DNA from: Heterodontus francisci
Lineage: Eukaryota
Assembly: GCF_036365525.1 (NCBI RefSeq)
Contig: NC_090404.1
Location: forward strand, 6,200,001-6,264,000
Direction of reading: 5' to 3'
Length of the DNA: 64,000 bases
A program made the position numbers and the translations under genes. Below, one piece after another: positions 49,973-63,100 of the stretch. The notes beneath the pieces are model-generated. The model ran no database searches and was not told the origin of the DNA. It saw only the letters and a list, made by a program, of their open reading frames with translations. The number at the start of each line of letters is the position of its first letter. The stretch's first letter is position 1.

Positions 49973-52900
49973 AGAACATAGAACATAGAACAGTACAGCA
50001 CAGTACAGGCCCTTCGGCCCACGATGTTGTGCCGAAACTTTAACCTACTCTAGGATCAAACTACCTACATACCCTTCATACTACTATCATCCGTGTACCT
50101 ATCCAAGAGTCGCTTAAATGTCCCTAATGTATCTGCTTCCACTACCACCGCTGGCAGTGCATTCCACGCACCCACCACTCTCTGTGTAAAGAACCTACCT
50201 CTGACATCTCCCCGAAACCTTCCTCCAATCACCTTAAAATTATGCCCCCTGGTGATAGCCCTTTCCTTTCCACCCTGGGAAAAAGTCTCTGGCTATCCAC
50301 TCTATCTATGCCTCTCATCATCTTGTACCCCTCTATCAAGTCACCTCTCATCCTTCTTCGCTCCAATGAGAAAAGCCCTAGCTCCCTCAACCTTTCTTCA
50401 TAAGACATGCCCTCCAGTCCAAGCAGCATCCTGGTAAATCTCCTCTGCACCCTCTCTAAAGCTTCCACATCCTTCCTAGAATGAGGCGACCAGAACTGAA
50501 CACAATATTCCAAGTGTGGTCTAACCAGGGCTTTATAGAGCTGCAGCATAACCTCACGGCTCTTAAACTGAATCCCCCTGTTAATGAAAGCCAACACACC
50601 ATACGCTTTCTTAACAACCCTATCAACTTGGCTGGCAACTTTGAGCGATCTATGGACATGGACCCCAAGATCCCTCTGTTCCTCCACACTACCAAGAATC
50701 CTGTCTTTAAGCCTGTATTCTGCATTCAAATTCAACCCTCCAAAATGAATCACTTCACACTTTTCCAAGTTGAACTCCATCTGCCACTTCTCAGCCCAGT
50801 TCTGCATCCTGTCAATGTCCCGTTGCAACCTACAACAGCCTTCCGCACTATCCACAACTACAGCAACCTTCGTGTCATCGGCAAACTTGCTAACCCAGCC
50901 TTCCACTTCCTCATCCAAGTCATTGATAAAAATCACAAAGAGCAGAGGTCCCAGAACAGATCCCTGCAGAACACCACTGGTCACCGAGCTCCAGGCTGAA
51001 TACTTTCCATCTACTACCACCCTCTGTCTTCTATGGGCCAGCCAATTCTGTATCCAGACAGCCAACTTCCCTGTATCCCATGCCTCCTGACTTTCTGAAT
51101 GAGCCTACCATGGGGAACCTTATCAAACGCCTTGCTAAAATCCATATACACCACATCCACTGCTCTTCCTTCATCAACGTGTTTTGTCACATCTTCAAAG
51201 AATTCAATAAGGCTTGTGAGGCATGACCTGCCCCTCACAAAGCCATGCTGATTGTCTCTAACCAAACTATGCTTTTCCAAATAATCATAAATCCTGTCTC
51301 TCACAATCCTCTCCAATAATTTGCCCACTATCGACGTAAGACTGACTGGTCTAAAATTCCCAAGGTTATCCTTGGGATACTAGGATGTTGCCTGGTATGG
51401 AAGGAAGGTCTTACGAGGAAAGGCTGAGGGACTTGGGGTTGTTTTCGTTAGAGAGAAGGAGGAGGAGAGGTGACTTAATAGAGACATACAAGATAATCAG
51501 AGGGTTAGATAGGGTGGATAGTGAGAGTCTTTTTCCTCGGATGATGATGGCAAACACGAGGGGACATAGCTTTAAGTTGAGGGGTGAAAGATATAGGACA
51601 GATGTCAGAGGTAGTTTCTTTACGCAGAGAGTAGTAGGGGCGTGGAACGCCCTGCCTGCAACAGTAGTAGACTCGCCAACTTTAAGGGCATTTAAGTGGT
51701 CATTGGATAGACATATGGATGAAAATGGAATAGTGTAGGTCAGATGGTCGGCGCAACATCGAGGGCCGAAGGGCCTGTACTGCGCTGTAATGTTCTAATG
51801 TTCTAATGTTATCCCTATTCCCTTTCTTGGACAAGGGAATAACATTTGCTACCCTCAAATCTTCTGGTACTACTCCAGTGGACAGTAAGGACGCAAAGAT
51901 CATCGCTAAAGGCGCGGCAATCTCTTCCCTCACTTCCCGTAATGCGTGGAAAGTTCTTTACGCAGAGGGTGGTGGGTGCCTGGAACGCGTTGCCAGCAGA
52001 GGTGGTAGACGCGGGCAGGATAGCATCTTTTAAGATGTATCTAGACAGATACATGAATGGGCAGGAAGCAAAGAGATACAGACCCTTAGAAAATAGGCGT
52101 CATGTTTAGATAGAGGATCTGGATCAGCGCAGGCTTGGAGGGCCGAAGGACCTGTTCCTGTGCTGTAATTTCCTTTGTTCTTTGTTTTTTGTTCTTTGTA
52201 ATATCCTTGGGTATATTCCATCTGGCCCCAGAGACTTATCTGTCCTCATGTCGTTCAAAATTTCCAGCACATCCTCCCTCTTAACATCAACGTGTTCGAG
52301 CATATCAGCCTGTTTCACACTGTCCTCACAAACGACCAGGTCCCTCTCACTAGTGAATACTGAAGCAAAGTATTCATTTAGGACCTCCCCTACCTCCTCC
52401 GACTCCAGGCACAAGTTCCCTCCACTATCCCTGGTCGGCCCTACCCTCACTCTGGCCATCCTCTTGTTCCTCACATAAGTGTAGAACGCCTTGGGATTTT
52501 CCTTAATCCTACCCGCCAAGACATTTTCATGTCCCCTTCTAGCTCTCCTAAGTCCATTCTTCAGTTCCTTCCTGGCTACCTTGTAACCCTCTAGAGCCCT
52601 GTCTGATCCTTGCTTCCTCAACCTTAAGTAAGCTTCCTTCTTCCTCTTGACTAGCTGTTCCACATCTCTTGTCATCCAAGGTTCCTTTACCCTACCATCC
52701 CTTCCTTGCCTCATCGGGACAAACCTATCCAGCAGTCGCAGCAAGTGCTCCCTGAACAACCTCCACATTTCTGTCATGCATTTCCCTGATGACATCTGTT
52801 CCCAGTTTATGCTCCCCAGTTCCTGCCTAATAGCATTGTAATTTCCCCTCCCCCAGTTAAATATTTTCCTATCCTGTCTGCTCCTATCCCTCTCCATGAC

Positions 52901-53440
52901 TTTAGTAAAGGTCAGGGAGTTGTGATCACTATCACCGAAATGCTCTCCCACCGAGAGAATTGCCACCTGGCCTGGTTCGTTGCCAAGCACCAAATCCAAC
53001 ATAGCCTCCCCTCTAGTCGGCCTATCTATATCTTGAGTCAGGAAACCTTCCTGGATACACCTGACAAAAACTGCTCCATCCAAACTATTTGCACTAAGGA
53101 GGTTCCAATCAATATTAGGGATGTTGAAGTCACCCATGACAACAACCCTGTTACTACTGCACCTTTCCAAAATCTGCCTCCCAATCTGTTCCTCCGTGTC
53201 TCTGTTGCTATTGGGGGGTCTATAGAAAATTCCCAATAAAGTGACTGCTCCTTTCCTGTTTCTGACTTCCACCAATAATGACTCAGTAGACAAACCCTCC
53301 TCGACGACCTCCCTTTCTGCAGCTGTGATACTATCCCTGATTAGCAATGCCACTCCCCCACCTTTTTTACCTCCCTCCCTATTCCTTTTGAAACATCTAA
53401 ACCCCGGAACATCCAACATCCATTCCTGCCCCTGTGATAT
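49973..53440 (-). mobile_element. Young 5'-truncated CR1 LINE with two nested plus-strand CR1 3' fragments (~51377-51807, ~51944-52197)
   Basis: Long open pieces 52124-53419 and 50229-51065; nested pieces flanked by GTTATCC and GTAAT duplications; (TCTATGT)n tail. Confidence 0.92.
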
Positions 53441-53819
53441 CCCTGTGATATTATACTAGAACATGTCTCTGCTTATATTACGCTACCCCCTGTCTTAGTA
53501 ACAACTGCACTAGATCCTGTCTCTGTTTATATTACACTGGGCACTAACTATGTATTCATTGCACTCAATTTTGTCCCAGTTGTTACTGGACTAGAGCATG
53601 TGGCAGTTTACATTGCACTATAACGTATTCATTATTACTGAACCAGGCCATGTGTCGGTTTATATTACTCTCGGCACTGTATCTGTGTATATTATACTGT
53701 ATGCTGTCTCATTTATTATTGTATTAGGCCATGCCTCTATATATGCTGCAATTGACACTTTCTGAATTGTAATTGCACTTAACCATGTCTCTGTTTAAAT
53801 GAGAATAGGCTACATGTCA

Positions 53820-56800
53820 GATTCATCAGTAGTGGGGAAAATGCTAGAGTCTAATTATGAAGGATGGGGTAGCATAACACTTAGAAAGCATAAACGGGAT
53901 TGGAGTTTTTTGAGGATGTAACTAGTAGAAAAGATAACGGAGAACCAGTGGATGTGGTGTATTTAGATTTTCAGAAGGCTTTTGATAAGGCATGAATTGA
54001 GAATTGGTTGACAGGCAGGAAACAGAGAGTAGGAATAAATGGGTCTTTTTCCGGGTGACAGGCAGTGACTAGTGGGGTACCGCAGGGATCAGTGCTTGGG
54101 CCCCAGCTATTCACGATATATATCAATGACTTGGGGGAGGGACCTAAATGCAACATTTCCCAATTTTGTGGACGACACAAAGCGGGGGTGGGGGTGGTGG
54201 TGGTGGTGGTGAGAATGTGAGCTGTGAGGAGGATGCCAGGAGGCTCCAATGTGATTTGGACATGTTGGGCGAGTGGGCAAATGCATGGCAGATGCAGTAT
54301 AATGTGGATAAATTTTTATTTATTTTATTTAGAGATACAGCACTGAAACAGGCCCTTCGGCCCACCGAGTCTGTGCCGACCATCAACCACCCATTTATAC
54401 TAATCCTACATTAATCTCATATTCCTACCACATCCCCACAATTCCCCTACCACCCAGCTATACTAGGAGCAATTTATAATGGCCAATTTACCTATCAACC
54501 TGCAAGTCTTTGGCTGTGGGAGGAAACCGGAGCACTCAGCGAAACCCACACAGTCACAGGGAGAACCCAGAATTGAACCCAGGTCGCTGGAGCAGTGGTG
54601 CTAACCACTGCGCCACTGTGCTGCCCAGTGAGGTTTTCCACTTTGGTTGTAAGAACAGAAAGGCAGATTATTATCTGAATGGTGATAGATTGGGAAAGGG
54701 CGGGGTGCAACGAGACCTGGGTGTCCTTGTACACCAGTCACTGAAAGCAAGCATTCAGATGCAGCAAGCAATTAGGAAGGCGAATGGTATGTTGGCTTCA
54801 TTGCAAGAATGATTGAGTACAGGAGCAAGGATGTCTTACTGCATACAGTCATAGAGCTATACAACACAGAAACAGGCCCTTCGGCCCATCATGACTGTGC
54901 CGACCGTCAAGCACCATCTATTCTAATCCCATTTTCCAGCACTTGGCCCGTAGCCTTGCATGCAATGGCGTTTCAAGTGCACATCTATATACTTCTTCAA
55001 TGTTGTAAGGGTTCTTCCAGGTAGTGTGTTCCAGATTCCAACCACCCACTGGGTGAATTTTTTCCCTCAAATCCCCTCTAAACCTCCTGCCCTTACCTTA
55101 AATCTATGCCCCCTGGTTATTGACACCTCTGCTAAGGGAAAAGGTTTCTTCCTATCTATCCTAAAAATGCCCCTAATAATTTTTTATACCTCAGTCAGGT
55201 CTCCCCTCAGCCTTCTCTGCTCTAAGGAAAACAAGCCTATCCTATCCAGTCTCTCTTCATAGCTGAAATGCTCCATCCCAGGCAACATCCTGGTGAATCT
55301 CTTCTGCACCCTCTCCAGTGCAATCACATCCTTCCTATAGTGTGGCGAACAGAATTGTACACAGTACTCCAGCTGTGGCCTAACTAACGTTTTATACAGC
55401 TCCATCATAACCTCCCTGCTCTTATATTCTATGCCTCGGCCAATAAAGGCAAGTATCCGATATTCCTTCCTAACCACTTTATATACTTGTGGTGCTGCCT
55501 TCAGTGATCTATGGACAAATGCACCAAGGTCCCTCTGAACTCCCTAGGGTCCTACCATCTATTGAATATTCCCTTGCCTTGTTAGTCCTCCCAAAATGCA
55601 TCACCTCACACTTCTCAGGATTAAATTCCATTTGCCACTGCCCCGCCCATCTTACCAGCCCATCTATATCATCCTGTAATCTGAGGCGTTCCTCCTCACT
55701 ATTTACGACAGCACTAATTTTCATGTCAGCTGCAGACTTACTGATCATACCTCCTATATTCACGTCTAAATCATTAATATACACTGCAAACAGCAAGGGT
55801 CCCAGCACGGATCCCTCTGGTACACCACTGGTCACAGGCTTCCACTCGCAAAAACAACCCTCGACCATTACCTTCTGCCTCCTGCCACTAAGCCAATTTT
55901 GGATCTAATTTGCCAAATTGCCCTAGATCCCATGGGCTCTTACCTTCTTAACCAATCTCCCATACGGGACCTTATCACAAGCCTTACTGAAGTCCATGTA
56001 GACTACATCAACTGCCTTACCCTCATATACACATCTAGTCACCTCCTCGAAAAATTTACTCAGGTTTGTTAGACATGATCTCCCCCTGACAAAGCCATGC
56101 TGACTATTTCTGATTAATCTCTTCCTCTCCAAGTGGAGATTAGTCCTTTCCCTCAGATTTGTTTCCCTACCACTGATGTTAGACTCACAGGCCTGTAATT
56201 ACCTGGTTTATCCCTGTTACCCTTTTTGAATAATGGTACCATATTCGCTGTCTCCTGTGGCCAGAGAGGATTTGAAAATTTGTGTCAGAGCCCCTGCTAC
56301 CTCCGCCCTTGCCTCACATAACAGCTCAATACATCTCATCTGCACATGGAGATTTATCCACTTTTAAGCCCGTGGAAACAGCTAATACTTCCTCACTTTC
56401 AATGCTAATTTGTTCAAGTATATCACAATCCCCCTCCTTGATCTCTACACCTACATCGTCCTTCTCCATAGAGAATATGGATGAAAAGTAATCATTTAAA
56501 ACCTCACCTTTGTCCTCCGGCTCCACACACAGAATGCCACTTTGGGGTCCCTAATGGGTCCTACTCTTTCCCTGGTTATCCTCTTACCATTAATATACTT
56601 ATAAAACACCTTGGGATTTTCTTTTTTCTTGCCCACCCGTGTTTTTTCATGTCCCCTCTTCGCTCTCCTAATTCCTTTATTAAGTACCCCCCTACACTTT
56701 CTAACTTCCTCTAGGGCCTCCGCTGTTTTCAGCGCTTTGAATCTGCCACAGGCCTCCTTTTTGTTTCCTGATCCAATCCTCTACATCCCTTGACATCCAG

Positions 56801-59800
56801 GGTTCCCTGGACTTATTGGTCCTACCCTTCACCTTTACGGGAACATGTTGGCCCTGAACTCTCACTATTTCCTTTTTGAATGACTCCCACTGGTCTGATG
56901 TAGGCTTTCCTACAAGTAGCTGCTCCCAGTCCACTTTGGCCAGATCCTGTTTTATCATATTGAAATCGGCCTTCCCCCAATTCAGTACTTTTATCTCCGG
57001 TCCTTCTTTTTATTTTTCCATAACTACCTTAAATCTTACAGAGTTATGGTCACTATCCCCGAAATGATCCCCTATTGACACTGCTACCACTTGTCCGTTT
57101 TCATTCCCTAGAATTAGGTCCAGTACTGTCCCTTCTCTTGCAGGACTTTCTACGTGCTGGCTCAAAAGGCTCACCTGGATGCACTTTAAGAATTCCGCCC
57201 CCTTTAAACCTTTTGCACTAAGGCTATCCCAGTTGATATTGGGGAAGTTGAAATCCTCTACTATTATTACCCTATTTTTTACACCTCTCTGAGATTTGCC
57301 TACAATTCTGCTTCTCTATCTCTCCCTGACTTTTTGGAGGCCTGTAGTACACTCCCAGCAAAGTGATTGCCCCCTTCTTGTTTTGAAGTTCTACCCATAT
57401 GGCCTCGTTTGAGGAACCTTCTAAGATATCATCCCTCCTTACTGCAGTAATTGACTCCTTGATCAACAGTGCAATGCCACCTCCTCTTTTACACCCTTCC
57501 TTGTCACGTCTGAAGATTCTATACCCTGGAATATTGAGCTGCCAGTCCTGCCCTTCCCTCAACTATGTCTCTGTGATCGCAATAATATCATATTCCCATG
57601 CGTTAATCAATGCCTTCAATTCATCTGCCTTACTAGTAAGACTCCTTGCGTTAAAATAGATGCAATCCAGCCTTGTTTTTTTTCGCCTGTGCCTTAACAG
57701 GTCTATATTTGCTCTGCCTTCCAGACTGACTCAATTTCTCTTCTATATTTGACAGTGCATCACCCCCTATTGTGCCTCCACTCTGTATCCCATCCCCCTG
57801 CCAAATTAGTTTAAACCCCCACTAACAGCACTAGCAAACCTCCCAGCAAGGATGTTGGCCCCATTCCAGTTCAGGTGCAACCCAACCAACTTGAACAGGT
57901 CCCACCTTCGCCAGAAACAGACCCAGTGATCTAGGAACCTAAAGCCCTCCCTCCTGTACCATCTCCTCAATCACCATTCATCTGCTCTATCCTCCTATTC
58001 CTATACTCACTAGCACGTGGCACCGGGGGTCATCCAGAGATTACAACCTTTGAGGTCCTGCTTTTTAATCTGCTACCTAGCTCCCTAAATTCTTGTTGAA
58101 GGCCCTCATCGCTCTTTCTACCTATGTCGTTGGTACCAATGTGTACCATGACCATGACCCCATGACCCTTCCCCTTCAGAATGTCCTGCAAACCTTGTCC
58201 CTAGATCCTTGTCCCTAGCACCATGAGAGGCAACATTTTTTTAAATATTCATTCATGGGATGTGGGCGTCGCTGGCCAGGCCAGCATTTATTGCCCATCC
58301 CTAATTGCCCTTGAGAAGGTGGTGGTGAGCTGCCTTCTTGAACCGCTGCAGTCCATTTGGGGTAGGTATACCCACAGTGCTGTTAGGAAGGGAGTTCCAG
58401 CATTTTGACCCAGTGGCAGTGAAGGAACGGTGATATAGTTCCAAGTCAGGATGGTGTGTGACTTGGAGGAGAACTTGCAGGTGGTTGTGTTCCCATGTAT
58501 TTGCTGCCCTTGTCCTTCTAGTTGGTAGAGGTCGCGGGTTTGGAAGATGCTGTCTAAGGAGCCTTGGTGCATTGCTGCAGTGCATCTTGTAGATGGTACA
58601 CACTGCTGCCACTGTGCGTCGGTGGTGGAGGGAGTGAACGTTTGTAGATGGTGTGCCAATCAAGCGGGCTGCTTTGTACTGGATGGTGTCGAGCTTCTTG
58701 AGTGTTGTTGGAGCTGCACCCATCCAGGCAAGTGGAGAGTATTCTATCACTCTCCTGACCTGTGCCTTGTAGATGGTGGACAGGCTTTTGGGAATCAGGA
58801 GGTGAGTTACTCGCCTCAGGATTCCTAGCCTCTGACCTGCTCTTGTAGCAACGGTATTTATATGGCTACTCCAGTTCAGTTTCTGGTCAATGGTAGCCCC
58901 TAGGATGTTGATAGTGGGGGATTCAGCGAAGGTAATGCTGTTGAATGTCAAGGGGAGATGGTTAGATTCTCTCTTGTTGGAGATGGTCATTGCCTGGCAC
59001 TTGTGTGGCGCGAATGTTATTTGCCACTTATCAACCCAAGCCTGGATATTGCCCATCCTGGAGTCATGCTTGCGGCCGCAGAAACGCCTTTCTCTTCCCC
59101 TTATGATTGAATCCCCTTTCACTATAGCCCTGCCACTCTTCTTCCTCCCCTCCCGTGCAGCTGAGCCACCCATGGTGCCTTGAACCTGGCTCTTGCTGCT
59201 TTCCCCTGAGCCATCTCCCCCAACAATATCCAAAGCGGTATCGGTTAGAGAGGAACAGTTATACAGGGCCTTGGTGAGACCACATCTGGAGTATTGTGTG
59301 CAGTTTTGGTTTCCTTACCTGAGGAAGGATGATCTTGCCATGGAGGGATTGTAAAGAAGATTTCCTAGGCTGATTCCTGGGATGGAAGGATTGACGTATG
59401 AGGAGAGATTGGGTCGACTCAGCCTATATTCACTTGAGTTTATAAGAATGAGTGGGGGTCTCATAGAAACCTATAAAATTCTAACAGGACTAGACAGGCT
59501 AGATGCAGGGAGGATGTTCCCGATGGCTGGGGAGTCCAGAACCAGGGGTCACAGTCTCAGGATACGGGTATGAGATGAGGAGAAAGTTCTTCACTCAGAG
59601 GGTGGCGAACCTGTGAATTCTCTACAGAGGGCAGTGGAGGCCAAATCATTAAATATATTAAAGAAGGAGATAGATATATTTCTCAATGCCAAAGGGATCA
59701 AGGGATATGGGGAGAAAACGGGAACAGGTTACTGAATTGGACGGTCAGCCGTAATCTTTTTTGAATGGGCCGAATGGCCTACTCCTGCTCCTATTTTCTA

Positions 59801-59810
59801 TGTTTCTATG
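53820..59810. mobile_element. Nested stack: plus CR1 (53820-54843 and 59255-59810) containing a V-SINE (54313-54628) and a minus CR1 (54845-59250), itself split by an L2/CR1-superfamily LINE 3' piece (58236-59054, minus)
   Basis: Host CR1 frame KDVLL|[14 protein letters not shown] rejoins; inner CR1 ORF1 GDSIIRG..SRM|CL rejoins; inner LINE YKAQVR..EYSPLAW..KAAHHHLLKGN. Confidence 0.85.
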
Positions 59811-60457
59811 CTTATGTACTTCTATGTAAGACGCAGTTTCATTTTTTACTGGACTCATCTTTCTCACTTTATTGATAACTCCGTTATTAATGTGCTAAAC
59901 CCTTTCTCAGTTATTACTGCACTATACAATGCCTCAGCTGGATAGACAGAGACAGACAGACAGAAAGAGAACTACGGAAGCCAAATGGATAATGTCGGAA
60001 ATCAAGATATACATTTGTGTTTGTGAGGTTGCAATCAGTTTTGGTCAGAAGAATACGTTTAGTCTTGTTAATAGCGATCAGCAGCTGTGTGCAATTTCTA
60101 ATTGCTTTGGTATTATGTGGATAGTATTTGTGTTGAAAGGATGGGTTAGATCTTGTAACAATTTCCCCAAGAAGAACTGGAATTCAGGGAGAAGATTAAA
60201 AGTTAGCAATCGTGCATTGCACTTTACACTGCTTAGTGACAAAATCTGTTGTGTTAAAGTTTACAAATCCACACTTTATGGGTACCGCGCCAATTGCTCA
60301 CAGATTTTTCATGCTTCATTGTTTTTCCTGCAGGATTTTCTATTTAACTTTCTCCTGACCCACGGATTGTGTCAGAGTCTGGAATCGTGACCTCACAGCA
60401 CTGCCCGATGGGCTGCCGCAGGGTCCGAATGCCCATCGAAATCTCTTATCGAGTGAA

Positions 60458-61055
60458 GAACATAGAACATAGAACAGTACAGCACAGTACAGGCCCTTCG
60501 GCCCACGATGTTGTGCCGAACCTTTAACCTACTCTAAGATCAAACTACCTACCTACCTTCATTCTACTATCATCCATGTACCTATCCAAGAGTCGCTTAA
60601 ATGTCCCTAATGTATCTGCTTCTACTACCACCGCTGGCAGTGCATTCCACGCACCCACCACTCTCTGTGTAAAGAACCTACCTCTGACATCTCCCCGAAA
60701 CCTTCCTCCAAGCACCTTAAAATTATGCCCCCTGGTGATAGCCCTTTCCGCCCTGGGAAAAGGTCTCTGGCTATCCACTCTATCTATGCCTCTCATCATC
60801 TTGTACCCCTCTATCAAGTCACCTCTCATCCTTCTTCACTCCAATGACAAAAGCCCTAGCTCCCTCAATCTTTCTTCGTAAGACATGCCCTCCAGTCCAG
60901 GCAGCATCCTGGTAAATCTCCTCTGCACCCTCTCTAAAGCTTCCACATCCTTCCTATAATGAGGCGACCAGAACTGAACACAATATTCCCAGTGTGGTCG
61001 AACCATGGCTTTATAGAGCTGCAGCTAACCTCGCGGCTCTTAAACTCAATCCCCC
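60458..61055 (-). mobile_element. CR1 3' fragment, close relative of 49973-50580
   Basis: Near-identical 3' end and (TCTATGT)n tail. Confidence 0.9.
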
Positions 61056-61705
61056 TGTTCAGCAGCAACTGAAATGAGCACACAAATAATATGCTATATA
61101 TAAGGGTGGGTTTGTGTGTGGAAAACACATCATTCATCATGATTGTAAATGAATTCCACAAAGAAAAGTAATTTATCTTTGCCAGTATTTTTCAGCATTT
61201 CATTTCCTTTTATTCAAAATGTAATTGCAGATGGTTTAAAGGATTTAATATTTAATGATAAACTATTCTATTGCATGAGCTTGTTTAGAAAGTAATGTCA
61301 CACTGACTATTCCTTTACCAGGGCGAGCCTGCCTGTCCCCAGTATTCAGTTGGAAAGGGTGTTAAATCACACCTAGAATAATGACCAGCTGCCGATTAAT
61401 CACTGCGTTTTATTGTGGGTTGTTAGCTCACCAACAGACCGAAACGCCTGATATTTGCCTCGAGTGCCTGATAATTTGTGTAAGTGACAGTAAAAATGAA
61501 ATTAAACATGAGCCTGACGTGAGGATATTAAATCTGTAATTCTCTGACTTACTATTTCCCTCATTACGCAAGATCCTATCTCAGTTATTACTGCAGTAGT
61601 ACCTGTCACAGTTTTTATTAATTTAGACCCTGTATCAGTATTCACGGTGGTAGGTCCTGTCTCGGGGTTATTGCGGGAGTTGGAGAGGGCGGGGTGGACA
61701 TTGTG

Positions 61706-61743
61706 GACTCAGCTCTCTATTACTGTTCACTGAGTCCACATTG
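61706..61743 (+). pseudogene. Possible 3'-end relic of a second V segment (DSALYYCSLS plus heptamer-like CACATTG)
   Basis: GAC TCA GCT CTC TAT TAC TGT TCA CTG AGT C-CACATTG; no upstream V frame and no downstream nonamer. Confidence 0.45.
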
Positions 61744-62094
61744 ACTGCAGCTACAACGCGGATGCCTGAGTCGCTGGAGATATTTCTGTTGCCAAAAGAT
61801 GCAAACAGGTGCACATATTTACACAACCAAAACTTAAAAATTGACTTAAATACTGTTGCTGGGTAGATTTGTTTATCATAGTCCTCTATCGCAATGCTCA
61901 GGGTTTGAAGCTGTCTTTCAGCCATGCGGTCAGTGATGAGGAAGCAAAGCTTTGATTTACTGCACAGAAACCCCAGATGCTTCCTGTAAACGACCTTGTG
62001 CGTTCGAGCCTCCACAGAGTCGGTTGGGTTGCTGCCAAATATTTTGTGGAGCAGATCAGAATATGAAATTATTCGTTATCTCTTACACAAAAGA

Positions 62095-63100
62095 AACATT
62101 TTAAATTCAATAGTGACAAGTGTGAGGCGATGCATTTTGGCAGAAAGGATACGAGGAGGCAATATATACTTAATGGCGCAGTTCTAAAGCGTGTGCAGGA
62201 ACAGAGGGACCTGGGGGCGGTCATAGCCAACACTCTTTGACGGTAGGAGGACATATTGAGAACATGGTTAGTAAAGCACATGGGAAATTTATTTATTTAG
62301 AGATACAGCACTGAAACAGGCCCTTCGGCCCACCGAGTCTGTGCCGACCAACAACCACTCATTTATACTAATCCTACATTAATCCCAGAGCACCTGGTGG
62401 AAGCCCATGCAGTCACAGAGAGAACTTGCAAACTCTGCACAGGCAGTACCCAGAACTGAACCTGGCTCGCTGGAGCTGTGAGGCTGCAGTACTAACCACT
62501 GTGCAGAGATAGCGAATGCACAAGCAGGGAAGCTATGCTGAACCTTTATGAAGCACTGGTTAGGCCCCAACTGGAGTGTTGCGTCACTCCACTTCAGGAA
62601 AGATGTGAGGCTCCTTGAGAGGGTGCAGAGGAGATTTACCATAATGGTTCCAGAGATGGGGGATTTTAGATACAAGGTTAGGTTGGAGAAACTGGGGTTG
62701 TTCTCCTTAAAGCAAAGGAGATTGAGGAGAGATTTCATAGACGTGTACAAGATTATGACAGGCTGAGATGAGTTAGACAAGCCAAAACTGTTTCCATTAA
62801 CTGAAGGTACAAGGACTAATGGACACAGATTGAAGGTTTTGAGCAAGAGATGCGGGGAAGTATGAGGGGAAAAATTACACAGTAGGTGGTAATGGCCTGG
62901 AACACGCTGCCCACGAGGGTGGTGGAAGCGGAGACAATCAATGAATTCAAAAGGAAATTGGGTGGCCACTTGAATGAAATTAACTTACAGGGCTCCGGAG
63001 ATCGAGCAGGAGAGTGGGACTGACTGGGTAGCTCCAGGGAGATCCTGGATGGGATGGACCGAATGGCCTCCTTCTGTGCCGTGCACAATTCTATGACTCT
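62095..63100 (+). mobile_element. CR1 3' fragment with an internally deleted minus-strand V-SINE (62288-62503)
   Basis: [26 protein letters not shown]; tail GGACCGAATGGCCTCCTTCTGTG. Confidence 0.83.

Noticed and set aside
58301-59233. 310-aa esterase-RT fusion ORF
   Set aside because: Chance in-frame junction of CR1 ORF1 with a nested LINE fragment at ~59054.
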